From Chitinophagales bacterium (GTDB lineage: Bacteria > Bacteroidota > Bacteroidia > Chitinophagales > BACL12), in assembly GCA_020636645.1 (NCBI GenBank), contig JACJXO010000010.1, positions 814 through 64,813 of the forward strand: DNA of 64,000 bases, written 5' to 3'. The position numbers were made by a program, and so were the translations under genes. Numbering within the stretch: position 1 is the first letter of the stretch; every line of letters begins with the position of its first letter. Under the pieces are notes generated by a model that saw nothing but the letters and a program-made list of their open reading frames with translations, was not told where the DNA came from and searched no databases. This document shows positions 9,674-18,711 of the stretch, piece by piece.

Positions 9674-10420
9674 CTATCGGGCAGTCCGCAATGCATCGGC
9701 AAATGCCTGTGGTAAAACGGATGCTTCCACTGCTGCGGCAGAGCCTTCCACATCATACGCTACTCTTCTGAACTGCACCTCACCCAAACCGTCTTCATCG
9801 ATTTCCAGCAACACGTAGCAGGCTCTCGGATCACCATCCTTAGGCTTCCCCACCGATCCGATGTTGATGGCATGGAGTGTCTGACCATCTCTGCCGGTCA
9901 GTGTCCGGTGCCAGGGTTTATGGGTATGACCGAAACACAGGATGTCGGCTTCGGCTTCTTCCATGATGTGTACCAGGCTTTTGTCTGTGCGGTCTTCAAA
10001 GAGGTATTCGTTGATGCGTCGCGGACTCCCATGCACGAGCAACAGATCGAACCGGGCATGATCTTCACCGAAAGGCAGCCTGATCTCACGGGGTAATTCG
10101 TCCAGGAATTTCCTGTTTTTTTCGGTGATGATCTGGTTGGTATAGGCGATGGACCTTGCACCATTTGCCTTCTCTTCATCGGTCTTGTAGGCACAGCCAC
10201 AATCGTCGCTGTTGCGGCCCACACCATCATCGTAGTTGCCGGCAATGGTGGGAATATTTCTTTCACGAATGAGCTCGCACACTTCATTCGGCCAGACATG
10301 ATAGCCCACCAGATCGCCCAGGCAAAAGATGGCATCGGGTTGCTGTGCATCGATATCGGCCAGCATCGCTTCCAGTGCAGGCAGGTTGGCGTGGATGTCG
10401 GAGAACAGGGCGATCTTCAT
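9674..10420 (-). CDS. metallophosphoesterase (YfcE/MJ0936-like), last gene of the ars operon
   Basis: Motifs SDIHAN, GDLVGY, GNYD and GHTH. 10 nt downstream of acr3 on the same strand. Confidence 0.85.
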   Translation of the reverse strand: MKIALFSDIHANLPALEAMLADIDAQQPDAIFCLGDLVGYHVWPNEVCELIRERNIPTIAGNYDDGVGRNSDDCGCAYKTDEEKANGARSIAYTNQIITEKNRKFLDELPREIRLPFGEDHARFDLLLVHGSPRRINEYLFEDRTDKSLVHIMEEAEADILCFGHTHKPWHRTLTGRDGQTLHAINIGSVGKPKDGDPRACYVLLEIDEDGLGEVQFRRVAYDVEGSAAAVEASVLPQAFADALRTAR

Positions 10421-10430
10421 GTGTGTAGAT

Positions 10431-11441
10431 TTAATATCTCCATTTATTCGCCATCGCCACGAGCGACAGCATCACAGGTACTTCTATCAGTACACCCACC
10501 ACCGTAGCCAGCGAAGCACCGGAGTTCAGTCCGAACAGTGATATCGCCACTGCCACCGCCAGCTCAAAGAAATTGCTGGCGCCGATCATAGCTGCAGGTG
10601 CGCATACTGCGTGCCGCAATTTCAGAAAGCGACCGGCGAACCAGGTGAGAAAAAAAATGAAATAGGTCTGGAGAGTGAGTGGTATGGCGATCAGCAGAAT
10701 GACCACCGGTTTGTTCAGAATGGTATCGCCCTGAAAAGCGAACAGCAATACAAGTGTCGTGAGCAGGGCGATGATGGACACCGGTTTCAATCTGTGCAGG
10801 AACACCTCTTTGAACCACTCCTTTCCTTTGAAACGCAGTAGCAGACGGTTACTCAGATAACCGAAGATCAATGGTATCACCACAAAGGTCACCACCGATG
10901 CTGCCAGTACATCCCAGGGAATAGGAATATCGGTGATGCCCAGCAACAAGCGTACGATGGGGATGAAGGCTATCAGCAATATGAGATCGTTCACCGACAC
11001 CTGCACCAGGGTGTAGTTGGCATCACCTTTGGTCAGGTAAGACCAGACAAAGACCATGGCCGTGCAGGGAGCAGCACCCAACAGGATCGCACCGGCGATG
11101 TACTGATCGGCTTCTTCCGGTGTGATCCAGGCTTTATACAAATGATCGAAAAAAAAACAGGCGAAGAAGGCCATGGTAAAAGGCTTGATCAGCCAGTTCA
11201 CCACCACCGTTAGTCCGAGTCCCTTCCAGTTCTTTCCCACCTGTGCAATGGACGAAAAATCGATCTGCACCATCATCGGATAGATCATCAGCCAGACCAG
11301 GATGGCCACCGGCAGATTGACACCGGCCCAGACCATATCGCTCAGCACGGTGATGGAATCACCCGCCAGTCTGCCAAGCAGGATACCTGCGGCGATGCAA
11401 AGCGCCACCCACAGGCTCAGGTATCTTTCAAACCGTCCCAT
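10431..11441 (-). CDS. acr3: arsenite efflux transporter ACR3
   Basis: ACR3/BART polytopic profile. Start moved to [12 protein letters not shown] (cat at 11439-11441) because the track's extension overlaps arsM. Confidence 0.88.
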   Translation of the reverse strand: MGRFERYLSLWVALCIAAGILLGRLAGDSITVLSDMVWAGVNLPVAILVWLMIYPMMVQIDFSSIAQVGKNWKGLGLTVVVNWLIKPFTMAFFACFFFDHLYKAWITPEEADQYIAGAILLGAAPCTAMVFVWSYLTKGDANYTLVQVSVNDLILLIAFIPIVRLLLGITDIPIPWDVLAASVVTFVVIPLIFGYLSNRLLLRFKGKEWFKEVFLHRLKPVSIIALLTTLVLLFAFQGDTILNKPVVILLIAIPLTLQTYFIFFLTWFAGRFLKLRHAVCAPAAMIGASNFFELAVAVAISLFGLNSGASLATVVGVLIEVPVMLSLVAMANKWRY

Positions 11442-11442
11442 C

Positions 11443-12330
11443 TTAATTGCAGCAACCGGGTTCGCAGCAGGGCTTCTTCGCCTGCATATCACTCAGGTCG
11501 ATGGCCGGAGTCTTGTCCGTTCCACCGGGTTTTTCTGCATAGACCGTGATGCTGAAGATGCCATATGCACCACTTTTGAATGAGGCTATTCCCTCGGTAT
11601 CCAGGTAGTTGGAAAGAATATCATCCGGAATGTCAATGACCTTTTCTTTCTGGATGGTGATGCCTGCAAATCCGGCTTCTTCTATGAAGCGCAGGTAGTC
11701 TTTTTTCTGGATGGCACCGGATACACAACCGGCGTACATCTCGGCGTCCTGTCTTAGTGCTTCCGGTAATTCACCCAGCAGCACAATGTCAGATATACTG
11801 AAATGTCCGCCGGGCTTCAGCACCCGATAGATCTCTTGCACCACCTGTTGTTTATCGGGCACCAGGTTGAGCACACAGTTGCTCACCACCACATCAGCCA
11901 CGTTGTCGGATACCGGCATGGCTTCGATATCGCCTTCGCGGAATTCCACATTGTGGAAGCCCAGTTTTTCGGCATTCTCCCTGGCCTTTCTGATCATGGC
12001 CGGGGTGAAGTCAATGCCGATCACCTTGCCCTCTGCACCGGTTTCATGACGGGCCACAAAGCAGTCGTTGCCGGCACCTGAACCCAGGTCTATGACCACA
12101 TCGCCTGTCTTTATTTTAGCAAAGGCGGTGGGCAGTCCGCAGCCAAGACCGAGGTCTGCCTCCGGGTTGTAGCCTTTCAGTTCTGTATAGTCTTCGCTCA
12201 TGATGTTATAGACCTCATCAGAGCAGCAGGTGGAGCCGCAGCAGGAGCTGCTGTTCATTTCCTTATCCTGCGTGGCGATCTCGCTGTATTTTTCGCGAAC
12301 GATGCGCTTCAGTTCTTCTGCGTTTTGCAT
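11443..12330 (-). CDS. arsM: arsenite S-adenosylmethionine methyltransferase
   Basis: [16 protein letters not shown] motif. Conserved Cys contexts VVSNCVLNL and YAGCVSGA. Cys-rich N-terminus ([10 protein letters not shown]) and C-terminal tail ([11 protein letters not shown]). Confidence 0.9.
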   Translation of the reverse strand: MQNAEELKRIVREKYSEIATQDKEMNSSSCCGSTCCSDEVYNIMSEDYTELKGYNPEADLGLGCGLPTAFAKIKTGDVVIDLGSGAGNDCFVARHETGAEGKVIGIDFTPAMIRKARENAEKLGFHNVEFREGDIEAMPVSDNVADVVVSNCVLNLVPDKQQVVQEIYRVLKPGGHFSISDIVLLGELPEALRQDAEMYAGCVSGAIQKKDYLRFIEEAGFAGITIQKEKVIDIPDDILSNYLDTEGIASFKSGAYGIFSITVYAEKPGGTDKTPAIDLSDMQAKKPCCEPGCCN

Positions 12331-12342
12331 AGCATGTGTTTT

Positions 12343-12672
12343 TTAGCAACAGAAATTGCCGGGCTGGTACCGGTCGAACAAACCTCCGAACAGTTCTTTC
12401 ACTTCCGCCCAGCGATCGGGATTGATGCAGTAGCAGACCGACACGCCTTCTACGGTACCCTGTATGAGTCCCAGTTCTTTCAGTTCCCGCAGGTGCTGGC
12501 TGATCGTGGCCTGTGCCAGTCCGAGTTCTTCCACCAGGTCGCCGTTGATACAGGCATTCGCCTCCAGCAGGTATTCCAGGATGGCGATGCGGGCCGGGTG
12601 CCCCAGCGCCTTGGCATAGCGGGACAGTTCGTTCTGTTGTTCGGTAAAGAGGTCTGTTTTGGTAACGCCCAT
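12343..12672 (-). CDS. arsR: ArsR/SmtB family metalloregulator
   Basis: wHTH GDLVEELGLAQATISQHLRELKELGLI. First gene of the arsR-arsM-acr3 operon. C-terminal Cys pair (PGNFCC). Confidence 0.9.
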   Translation of the reverse strand: MGVTKTDLFTEQQNELSRYAKALGHPARIAILEYLLEANACINGDLVEELGLAQATISQHLRELKELGLIQGTVEGVSVCYCINPDRWAEVKELFGGLFDRYQPGNFCC

Positions 12673-13073
12673 TGTATTTAATTACATTGCAATATTACGA
12701 TGAATAAGAACAATTCAAAAATTCCGGCAATTTTTTTTGAGCAAGCGGCCTGCTGCCTCTCAACATCATGGGTCCGGCTTTCGGCTGGATCTGCCCTCGC
12801 TGCGCTGCGGTCAGGATGCCGCCTCTATCCGGGCTAAGAAGAATGTGCGGCTGCTTCGTTGTAGCCTTTTTCGTTTTGCTTCCTGAAAATGCTGTTTCAG
12901 GTCTTTATACCTGATCAGCAGTGGGGTGTTTTCACCCTTTTTTTGCATTCCTGTACACCCGAAATTCGCATTAAGAGTATGTCATTTTTGTATCATCTGT
13001 TTGGATATATGAAAATTGTTTCTTACATTAGTAACCATTAACCCGATTACCATGAAAAATTCAACTTCCCCCC

Positions 13074-13131
13074 ACTGTTCACTGTTCACTGCTCACTGCT
13101 CCACTGCTCCACTGCTTACTGCTCACTACCT
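13074..13131 (+). repeat. degenerate 7/8-nt tandem repeat (8 units, consensus ACTGCTC) in the 5' end of the SBBP cargo gene
   Basis: ACTGTTC ACTGTTC ACTGCTC ACTGCTC C-ACTGCTC C-ACTGCTT ACTGCTC ACTACCT, read directly from the sequence. Confidence 0.9.
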
Positions 13132-13133
13132 CA

Positions 13134-15638
13134 TTGCTGATCCTATCCCCCTCCGTGCACGCCCAGGAGCTGATCACTAAGGTATGGGAGCATACCACAG
13201 GTGCCCCTGACACGGTCTACAGCCGTATAGACACCAGTACCACCACAGATGATACGCTGGCCAGGATAGACATGGGATTTATAGGCAGCAGCACCACCAA
13301 GGAGATCATGAAGACCACCAGCCAGGGCGGCGAGTACAGGAATTTCTTCCTGGCACACACCGGTGCAGATGGCGTGACCAACGTACAGAAAACCGACGGG
13401 CTATACACCAAAGACCTCTACCCCAAGGTGGACCTGATGCACTATTTTGACCAGGCAGGGGTGAAATTCTACCTCATCATCCAGCCCGGCTACAGCCAGC
13501 AGAACGACCCTATAGAAATGGTGTTCAACGGAGCAAGCATCACATTCAATGCCGACACCACCCTGACCCTGGAAACCGAGATAGGCGGTATCACCCTCAG
13601 AAAACCCGAAGCCTACGAGATAGAGACAGACGGCAGCCGCACCGACCTGACCTGGCACCCGGAGTACACCGATGAAGGAAGTGGGGTAGTGGGGATGTCA
13701 CTGGGTAGCTACACGACCAGCAAGGTGTTGGTGCTGGAATTTGGGGTGGAGAAGGAATTACTTGAAGAAGGTGGCGGAGACGATAATGTAGTTTGGTCAA
13801 CAATTGTTGGAGGAAGTGGGTATGAAAGACTGTATGATCTGGTTAGCACAAATAATGTTGACTATGCTGTAACTGACTTTTTGTACACTGTTGGGGTTGC
13901 CTACGATACGGAATTTCCGGAATCTCTGCTTTTCATAAATACCAGTGTGGGCGATTTTGACATCTTTGTTCAGCAGTTTCAAATTGACGATGAACCATTG
14001 GGCAAACCCATGTGGGGCCTTTATCTAGGAGGTAGTAATGAGGATGGACATGAACTTTACTACGCTCTTTCCAAAACCACCTACCCAAAAATTGCCAGAT
14101 CTCCATGGGTGCACGGAGAAGAGAGTTTATTGGGCGCCTATATAGTTGGTACTACGTGGTCTGAAGATTTTCCAACTGTTGATTTTAACTCGGCCAGCAC
14201 AGAAGACTATTTTGTTGATGAGTTTCCGGAGGGCATTCTGATGGCAGGTTTTATTACCAGGGTAGATGCGGCTGGGTTACCTATTTGGTCCACCTATATT
14301 GCCGGGGAAGGTACTTATACATGGACTACGAATGTTGAAACAAGCAGCGACCTGGTCTATATTTGTGGGGCAAGCGACGGGGAAGGCGATTTTGTATTGT
14401 ACGATCCGGATGGAGCCGGCCCTGCCTATAGTGAGTCTGACGGAACAGCCTACATTGCGGCATTTTCGCACAATGCCATTTTGCAATGGGGTACCATGAT
14501 AGGGGGAAATACCTATGCACCGATTGGAGAATACGGAACGGCTATTGCTGTTTCAAATGAAGGAGAAATTTATCTTAGTGGCAATACTGTATCAGGCAGT
14601 TTTCCTACAACAACCGGAGCATTTCAGGAGACATTTGGTGGCGGCGGCACCTCCGTGTACGACGCATTTCTGGTAAAGTTTGAAGATGATTTTTCATTGG
14701 AATGGGCCACCTATCTTGGCGGTGAGAATCAGGATTATTCCACAGGTATTGCTACAGATGATGACGGAGATGTCTTTCTTGTAGGATACACCAATGACGT
14801 ATCAGAAGACTTGCCGGTGCAGACGACATACCCATCCGGCAGCGATTATTACTTTGATGATTCGTACAATGATACTGACGAAATGGATGGGTTAATTGCC
14901 GAATTTGATACTGATGGTGATATTAAACTATTGACTTATTTCGGAGGTGATAATCGAGATTTGATCTATGACATATCATTTAGCCACCAATACAAACTTA
15001 TGGCATTTACCGGTCTTTCTCTTAGTTCCTATAGCAGTTTCCCCACCAGAGACCTGGATGGCACCTATTTTCTCGCGAGTAAACCGGGTGATATTTCCAT
15101 ATTCATGGGAATCATTGACCAGGATAATATCTGGCATTACAGCAGCTTTGTGGGAGGCACCGCTGATGGCTGGGGTATGGGTGTGTATTGCGGCTGGGAT
15201 TACTACTTTAATACCGGGTATTTGGCGTTTTTTGATGAGTCTGAGACGTTTGATCCACTAGTTGATACAGATGTGGGGGATGAGTGTTGGTATCAAACGG
15301 AGCCATTAAGCTTTGCGGATCCAAGCACTGAAGGTTATCCAAATTATGAATCTTATATTTCAGTCTATAACTACGAACCATTCCCTGAAATAGTCCCGAC
15401 TGGTCTAAGCACAATAAACAGTGCAGGCATCAATATTTTTCCAAACCCAACTACTGAATGGGTAAATATAAGTACCTGTACTGCATTCATCCTGGATGTT
15501 TTCAATTCAAACGGATCAATGGTATTTTCCTGTGTTTCATGTAAACAGGTTGATGTAAGTAATTGGCCTAAAGGAGTCTATTTGGCTAATATTGTTTCGG
15601 ACAATGAAGTTTCCCACTTTAAAATCATAGTGCAATGA
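13134..15638 (+). CDS. SBBP-repeat protein with T9SS type A sorting domain; the true 5' end is ambiguous (ATG at 13052 is out of frame)
   Basis: SBBP units (DAFLVKFEDDFSLEWATYLGGENQDYSTGIATDDDGDVFLVGYT). Tail INIFPNPTTEWVNI...GVYLANIVSDNEVSHFKIIVQ. TTG start as listed. The frame is open upstream to 13056 and encodes a signal-peptide core there. Confidence 0.8.
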   Translation: MLILSPSVHAQELITKVWEHTTGAPDTVYSRIDTSTTTDDTLARIDMGFIGSSTTKEIMKTTSQGGEYRNFFLAHTGADGVTNVQKTDGLYTKDLYPKVDLMHYFDQAGVKFYLIIQPGYSQQNDPIEMVFNGASITFNADTTLTLETEIGGITLRKPEAYEIETDGSRTDLTWHPEYTDEGSGVVGMSLGSYTTSKVLVLEFGVEKELLEEGGGDDNVVWSTIVGGSGYERLYDLVSTNNVDYAVTDFLYTVGVAYDTEFPESLLFINTSVGDFDIFVQQFQIDDEPLGKPMWGLYLGGSNEDGHELYYALSKTTYPKIARSPWVHGEESLLGAYIVGTTWSEDFPTVDFNSASTEDYFVDEFPEGILMAGFITRVDAAGLPIWSTYIAGEGTYTWTTNVETSSDLVYICGASDGEGDFVLYDPDGAGPAYSESDGTAYIAAFSHNAILQWGTMIGGNTYAPIGEYGTAIAVSNEGEIYLSGNTVSGSFPTTTGAFQETFGGGGTSVYDAFLVKFEDDFSLEWATYLGGENQDYSTGIATDDDGDVFLVGYTNDVSEDLPVQTTYPSGSDYYFDDSYNDTDEMDGLIAEFDTDGDIKLLTYFGGDNRDLIYDISFSHQYKLMAFTGLSLSSYSSFPTRDLDGTYFLASKPGDISIFMGIIDQDNIWHYSSFVGGTADGWGMGVYCGWDYYFNTGYLAFFDESETFDPLVDTDVGDECWYQTEPLSFADPSTEGYPNYESYISVYNYEPFPEIVPTGLSTINSAGINIFPNPTTEWVNISTCTAFILDVFNSNGSMVFSCVSCKQVDVSNWPKGVYLANIVSDNEVSHFKIIVQ

Positions 15639-16357
15639 AAGCTTTGTTGTTCGCATTATTTATATATAGAAGTATATGTTGTCTGGGCCAATGGACGGAG
15701 ATATCAAATTTGCCTTTGATCAGTACACCTGGTGAGGGCTTTTCGGATATAATTTTTATGAATGATAGTGTAGGGATTATTCCATACAGCAATGTCATTC
15801 TTCGTTCCACAGACAAAGGCTATACCTGGGATACGGTGTACCAGGAAGCCACTGGAGCCTGTAAGTATAGCAAAGTATTATTACAGCGGTGGGTCGCCGG
15901 ACTGGTTATGAAGAGTTTACAACTTAAATAGGGGTTCATGATTATGGTTTGACTTCTGACCGAAATGTGATATTGTGGGGGAGACCATTGGAAAAACTGA
16001 CAGCTTGGGGTACAATAGAAGGTCCACGGTTCCGCTTATACATGAAAGAGCAGGAAGGCCTTTTGCTGAATACGCTGGAAATGATGATTTGTCATTACTG
16101 GAAGATTTTCCAGAGGATTGGCTTTTATGTATTACCAACAATGACTGCAGGGGATCATTCATTTACAACACAATGAGAAATTAGCACTGGATATATTTTA
16201 TCGGTAGAAGAATTTCAATATAGATGGAGAACCTAACAGGAAGATTTTGATCTGTTTCCATAAATAGTGGACAATGGAAATATTGCTAGTTCTTGTAATA
16301 GAGTTGGTAACTACACATTATTCTATTTGGAGGTGGAGATGAATACATACTTGCCAA
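15635..16357 (+). pseudogene. decayed paralog of the BNR/Asp-box propeller cargo genes
   Basis: The first 80 aa align with the 20089 gene (ILRSTDKGYTWDTVYQEATGACKYSKV vs ILRSVDKGYTWDTVYQEATGACKFSKV). After that come a stop at 15929, deletions and frame changes. DNA homology persists (ggggttcatgattatgg..., ggaggtggagatgaatacatactt). No sorting domain remains. Confidence 0.75.
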
Positions 16358-16385
16358 GTATTTTCAATCCGACTTTTCCTACAAA

Positions 16386-17210
16386 GTGCAGTGGTGTATG
16401 AATACATACAGTGCTTCAGAACCATATTATAATGAAGGATTTTTAATTAAAATGGATGAAGATGGCGATTTGTTATGGTCAACATATTATGGGGGTGATG
16501 GGCAAGATTGGATTTTTGATATTGCTACTGATGGAAGACTAATTGCTATTACTGGTGCCGTCAGAGATGAAAATGATGTGTATCCATTGGTTGATTATTC
16601 AGGAACCTATTTTGATGATGTAATAGATGTTAACAATGAGGAAAATGAAGTTTCTTCCTATATCGCTGTCTTTGACCGCAATACGGAATTGATCTGGTCC
16701 ACTTTTTTAGGTGATAAAGCTTCTTCTGCCGGCCATGGTGTCAGTTTTGATCCGGCAACTGATGTGCAAAGACGATTGTTTGTGGCAGGAGCCATATCTT
16801 ATGAGCATGACGATTATCTGACCTTTGAACCTTTATGCGATCCGGGCTTTGGGGGATACTACCACGATGAACCACTTGAGTACATTCCAGATCATCCATA
16901 TGCTAATGCTGATGGATTTATTTTAGGGTTTGATATTGATGGTTTCCCGGAAGATCCACCAGTCGGTTTAGAATTTCTAAACAATGAAGATTTACATATA
17001 TACCCTAATCCGACTGAAGGACAAATAGTGATAAGTACAACGAAAGAAGTTGAACGAATTCAAGTGTTTTCAATTACTGGTCAGTTGATCTATAGGACTC
17101 ATGGAAATAATAAAATCCTGGATCTTGGAAATATTTCAAATGGAATGTACCTTATTGAAGTTATGGTGGAGGGTGTTGCCTATGCCGAAGAAATAATATT
17201 GAACAGATGA
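16386..17210 (+). CDS. 5'-truncated SBBP-repeat fragment with its own T9SS sorting domain (probably a non-exported remnant)
   Basis: GTG start and no signal peptide. Homologous to the C-terminal third of the 834-aa SBBP protein (GFLIKMDEDGDLLWSTYYGGDGQDW). Tail IYPNPTEGQIVI...GMYLIEVMVEG. Confidence 0.6.
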   Translation: MQWCMNTYSASEPYYNEGFLIKMDEDGDLLWSTYYGGDGQDWIFDIATDGRLIAITGAVRDENDVYPLVDYSGTYFDDVIDVNNEENEVSSYIAVFDRNTELIWSTFLGDKASSAGHGVSFDPATDVQRRLFVAGAISYEHDDYLTFEPLCDPGFGGYYHDEPLEYIPDHPYANADGFILGFDIDGFPEDPPVGLEFLNNEDLHIYPNPTEGQIVISTTKEVERIQVFSITGQLIYRTHGNNKILDLGNISNGMYLIEVMVEGVAYAEEIILNR

Positions 17211-18460
17211 GAAACATCCTTTTATTTCTGATGTGCTGTTGCAGTCAGGCCTATTCCCAATGGAACCTATCAGTTACTACTGATATTGGTTCATTTTCTG
17301 ATATTGAAGTTGCGCCGGATGGTACTGTTTACGCACTTACTGTAGGCAAGATTTATCGTTCAACCGATTTTGGCGAAACCTGGACAATAGAATCTAGTTG
17401 GGGAAATGGCGCAACCAAGATCCAGTTTGTGTCTGCAGATACAGGTTACGTATGCTGTGGGTTGGAGGACTATGAAGAAAATCACCTGATGACGATTGAT
17501 GGGGGGCTTACCTGGGCTCCTTGTGGCAATGATATCAGTCTGGGAATAAATGATATTGAATATCTGCCAGATGAGGTTGTTGTGGCAGCGACCAGGTTCT
17601 TTCCTACCTGGGTCACTGTTGGGGCCTACTGTCAATCAACTATTTGGCAGGACTCTCTGGCCACCATGGGTGAAGTGTATGATCTGGATGTACTCAATGA
17701 CTCGGTAATGTTTATGTGTGGTGCAATAGATCCCCCAGATCCTTTTGCCTTTAGCACAACCATTAAATCAATCGATGGCGGTAATCACTGGCAGGTAAGT
17801 GGTGATGGTATTGAAGTGCCCTATTTTGGTATGGACTGGCCTACAGATTCTGTAGGCTATGGAAATGGCTTGACCGATATGTATAAGACCACAGACCAGG
17901 GAGAGACCTGGTTCAAACTGCCCAATCCTTTTGGAGAGGATATTTATACATATTACTACCAAACACCATTTTTTATTGACAGAAATATCGGTTATGCAGG
18001 GGCTTACAGATACGATCCTGAAACTATTGAACCACATGAATCACTCGGCATTTTAAGGTCTGATAATGGAGGAGAAAGTTGGATATTAACTGATATGCCA
18101 GAAGAAGCAGATACTGGTGCGGAGGTCGATTGTTGGAATGCTGATACTTGTTTTTTTAGATATTCTAAGTATGTGTATCGCACAACTAATGGTGGTGGCA
18201 TAGGAGAACCACTAGAAATACCAGGTCAGCAGCATTTATCCCTCACCCTCCACCCCAACCCCGCCACTGATCAGCTATTCCTAGAAGGACTGGCCAGCTA
18301 CCCGGATGCCGTGTGGAGCACCTGCTCCATTAGCGGGCAGACCATCCCCCTTGATCTCCGGAACGGTCAGGCAGATATCAGCCACCTGCCCCCCGGCATT
18401 TATCTCACCACCGTACAAACCCGGCAAGGCATATGGAGAGAGAAATGGGTGAAGTTGTGA
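17207..18460 (+). CDS. BNR/Asp-box beta-propeller (Ycf48/sialidase-like fold) T9SS cargo, paralog 1
   Basis: Asp-boxes STDFGETW, TIDGGLTW, SIDGGNHW, TTDQGETW and SDNGGESW. Signal peptide. C-terminal sorting domain is supplied by the GC-rich cassette. ATGA overlap with the upstream ORF. Confidence 0.85.
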   Translation: MRNILLFLMCCCSQAYSQWNLSVTTDIGSFSDIEVAPDGTVYALTVGKIYRSTDFGETWTIESSWGNGATKIQFVSADTGYVCCGLEDYEENHLMTIDGGLTWAPCGNDISLGINDIEYLPDEVVVAATRFFPTWVTVGAYCQSTIWQDSLATMGEVYDLDVLNDSVMFMCGAIDPPDPFAFSTTIKSIDGGNHWQVSGDGIEVPYFGMDWPTDSVGYGNGLTDMYKTTDQGETWFKLPNPFGEDIYTYYYQTPFFIDRNIGYAGAYRYDPETIEPHESLGILRSDNGGESWILTDMPEEADTGAEVDCWNADTCFFRYSKYVYRTTNGGGIGEPLEIPGQQHLSLTLHPNPATDQLFLEGLASYPDAVWSTCSISGQTIPLDLRNGQADISHLPPGIYLTTVQTRQGIWREKWVKL

Positions 18461-18504
18461 AAAGACCACAGAGTCCCCTGCGGTTGACTCTGTGGGGACG
18501 GAAT
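18239..18504 (+). repeat. 266-bp GC-rich CTD-stop-hairpin cassette, copy 1
   Basis: About 12 mismatches against copy 2 over 266 nt (hand alignment). Encodes SLTLHPNPATDQLFLEGLASYPDAVWS..GIYLTTVQTRQGIWREKWVKL, a stop codon and a hairpin. Confidence 0.9.
18466..18495 (+). terminator. conserved stem-loop CCACAGAGTC-N10-GACTCTGTGG (copy 1)
   Basis: Perfect 10-bp stem 5 nt after the stop codon. No U-tract on the + strand. Confidence 0.45.
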
Positions 18505-18711
18505 CCTGCAAGTAATCAAATAAATGTAATTTCTACTATTGCCAACTATGACAGGGTAGAAATATATAATTTGAATGGCCAAAAGATACTTGAATTCACA
18601 AATGTTTCTGGTACCCAATCGCTGAATATTGCAATTCTTCCTTCAGGCCTATATGTACTTGCCATCGTTCATAGTGAAACAATGGATTATACTAAATTCA
18701 TTAAGCAATGA
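18505..18711 (+). pseudogene. orphaned AT-rich T9SS sorting domain displaced by cassette copy 1
   Basis: Translates as PASNQINVISTIANYDRVEIYNLNGQKILEFTNVSGTQSLNIAILPSGLYVLAIVHSETMDYTKFIKQ, a complete CTD-like tail with no body of its own. It ends in an ATGA overlap with the next gene. Confidence 0.75.

Noticed and set aside
12720-13050. The GC-rich stretch upstream of the SBBP gene (..ggctggatctgccctcgctgcgctgcggtcaggatgccgcctctatccgggct..) as an ncRNA or REP element.
   Set aside because: Only weak local hairpins are present (for example CCTGAAA..TTTCAGG at about 12883-12902), and I could find no second copy in the window. Evidence is insufficient without a genome-wide search.
13074-13131. 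Short tandem repeats (and the 363-nt PPC periodicity at 62025-63840) could be a CRISPR array.
   Set aside because: The units are 7-8 nt with no spacers, or are in-frame protein-domain repeats. No cas genes are present and there is no repeat-spacer architecture.
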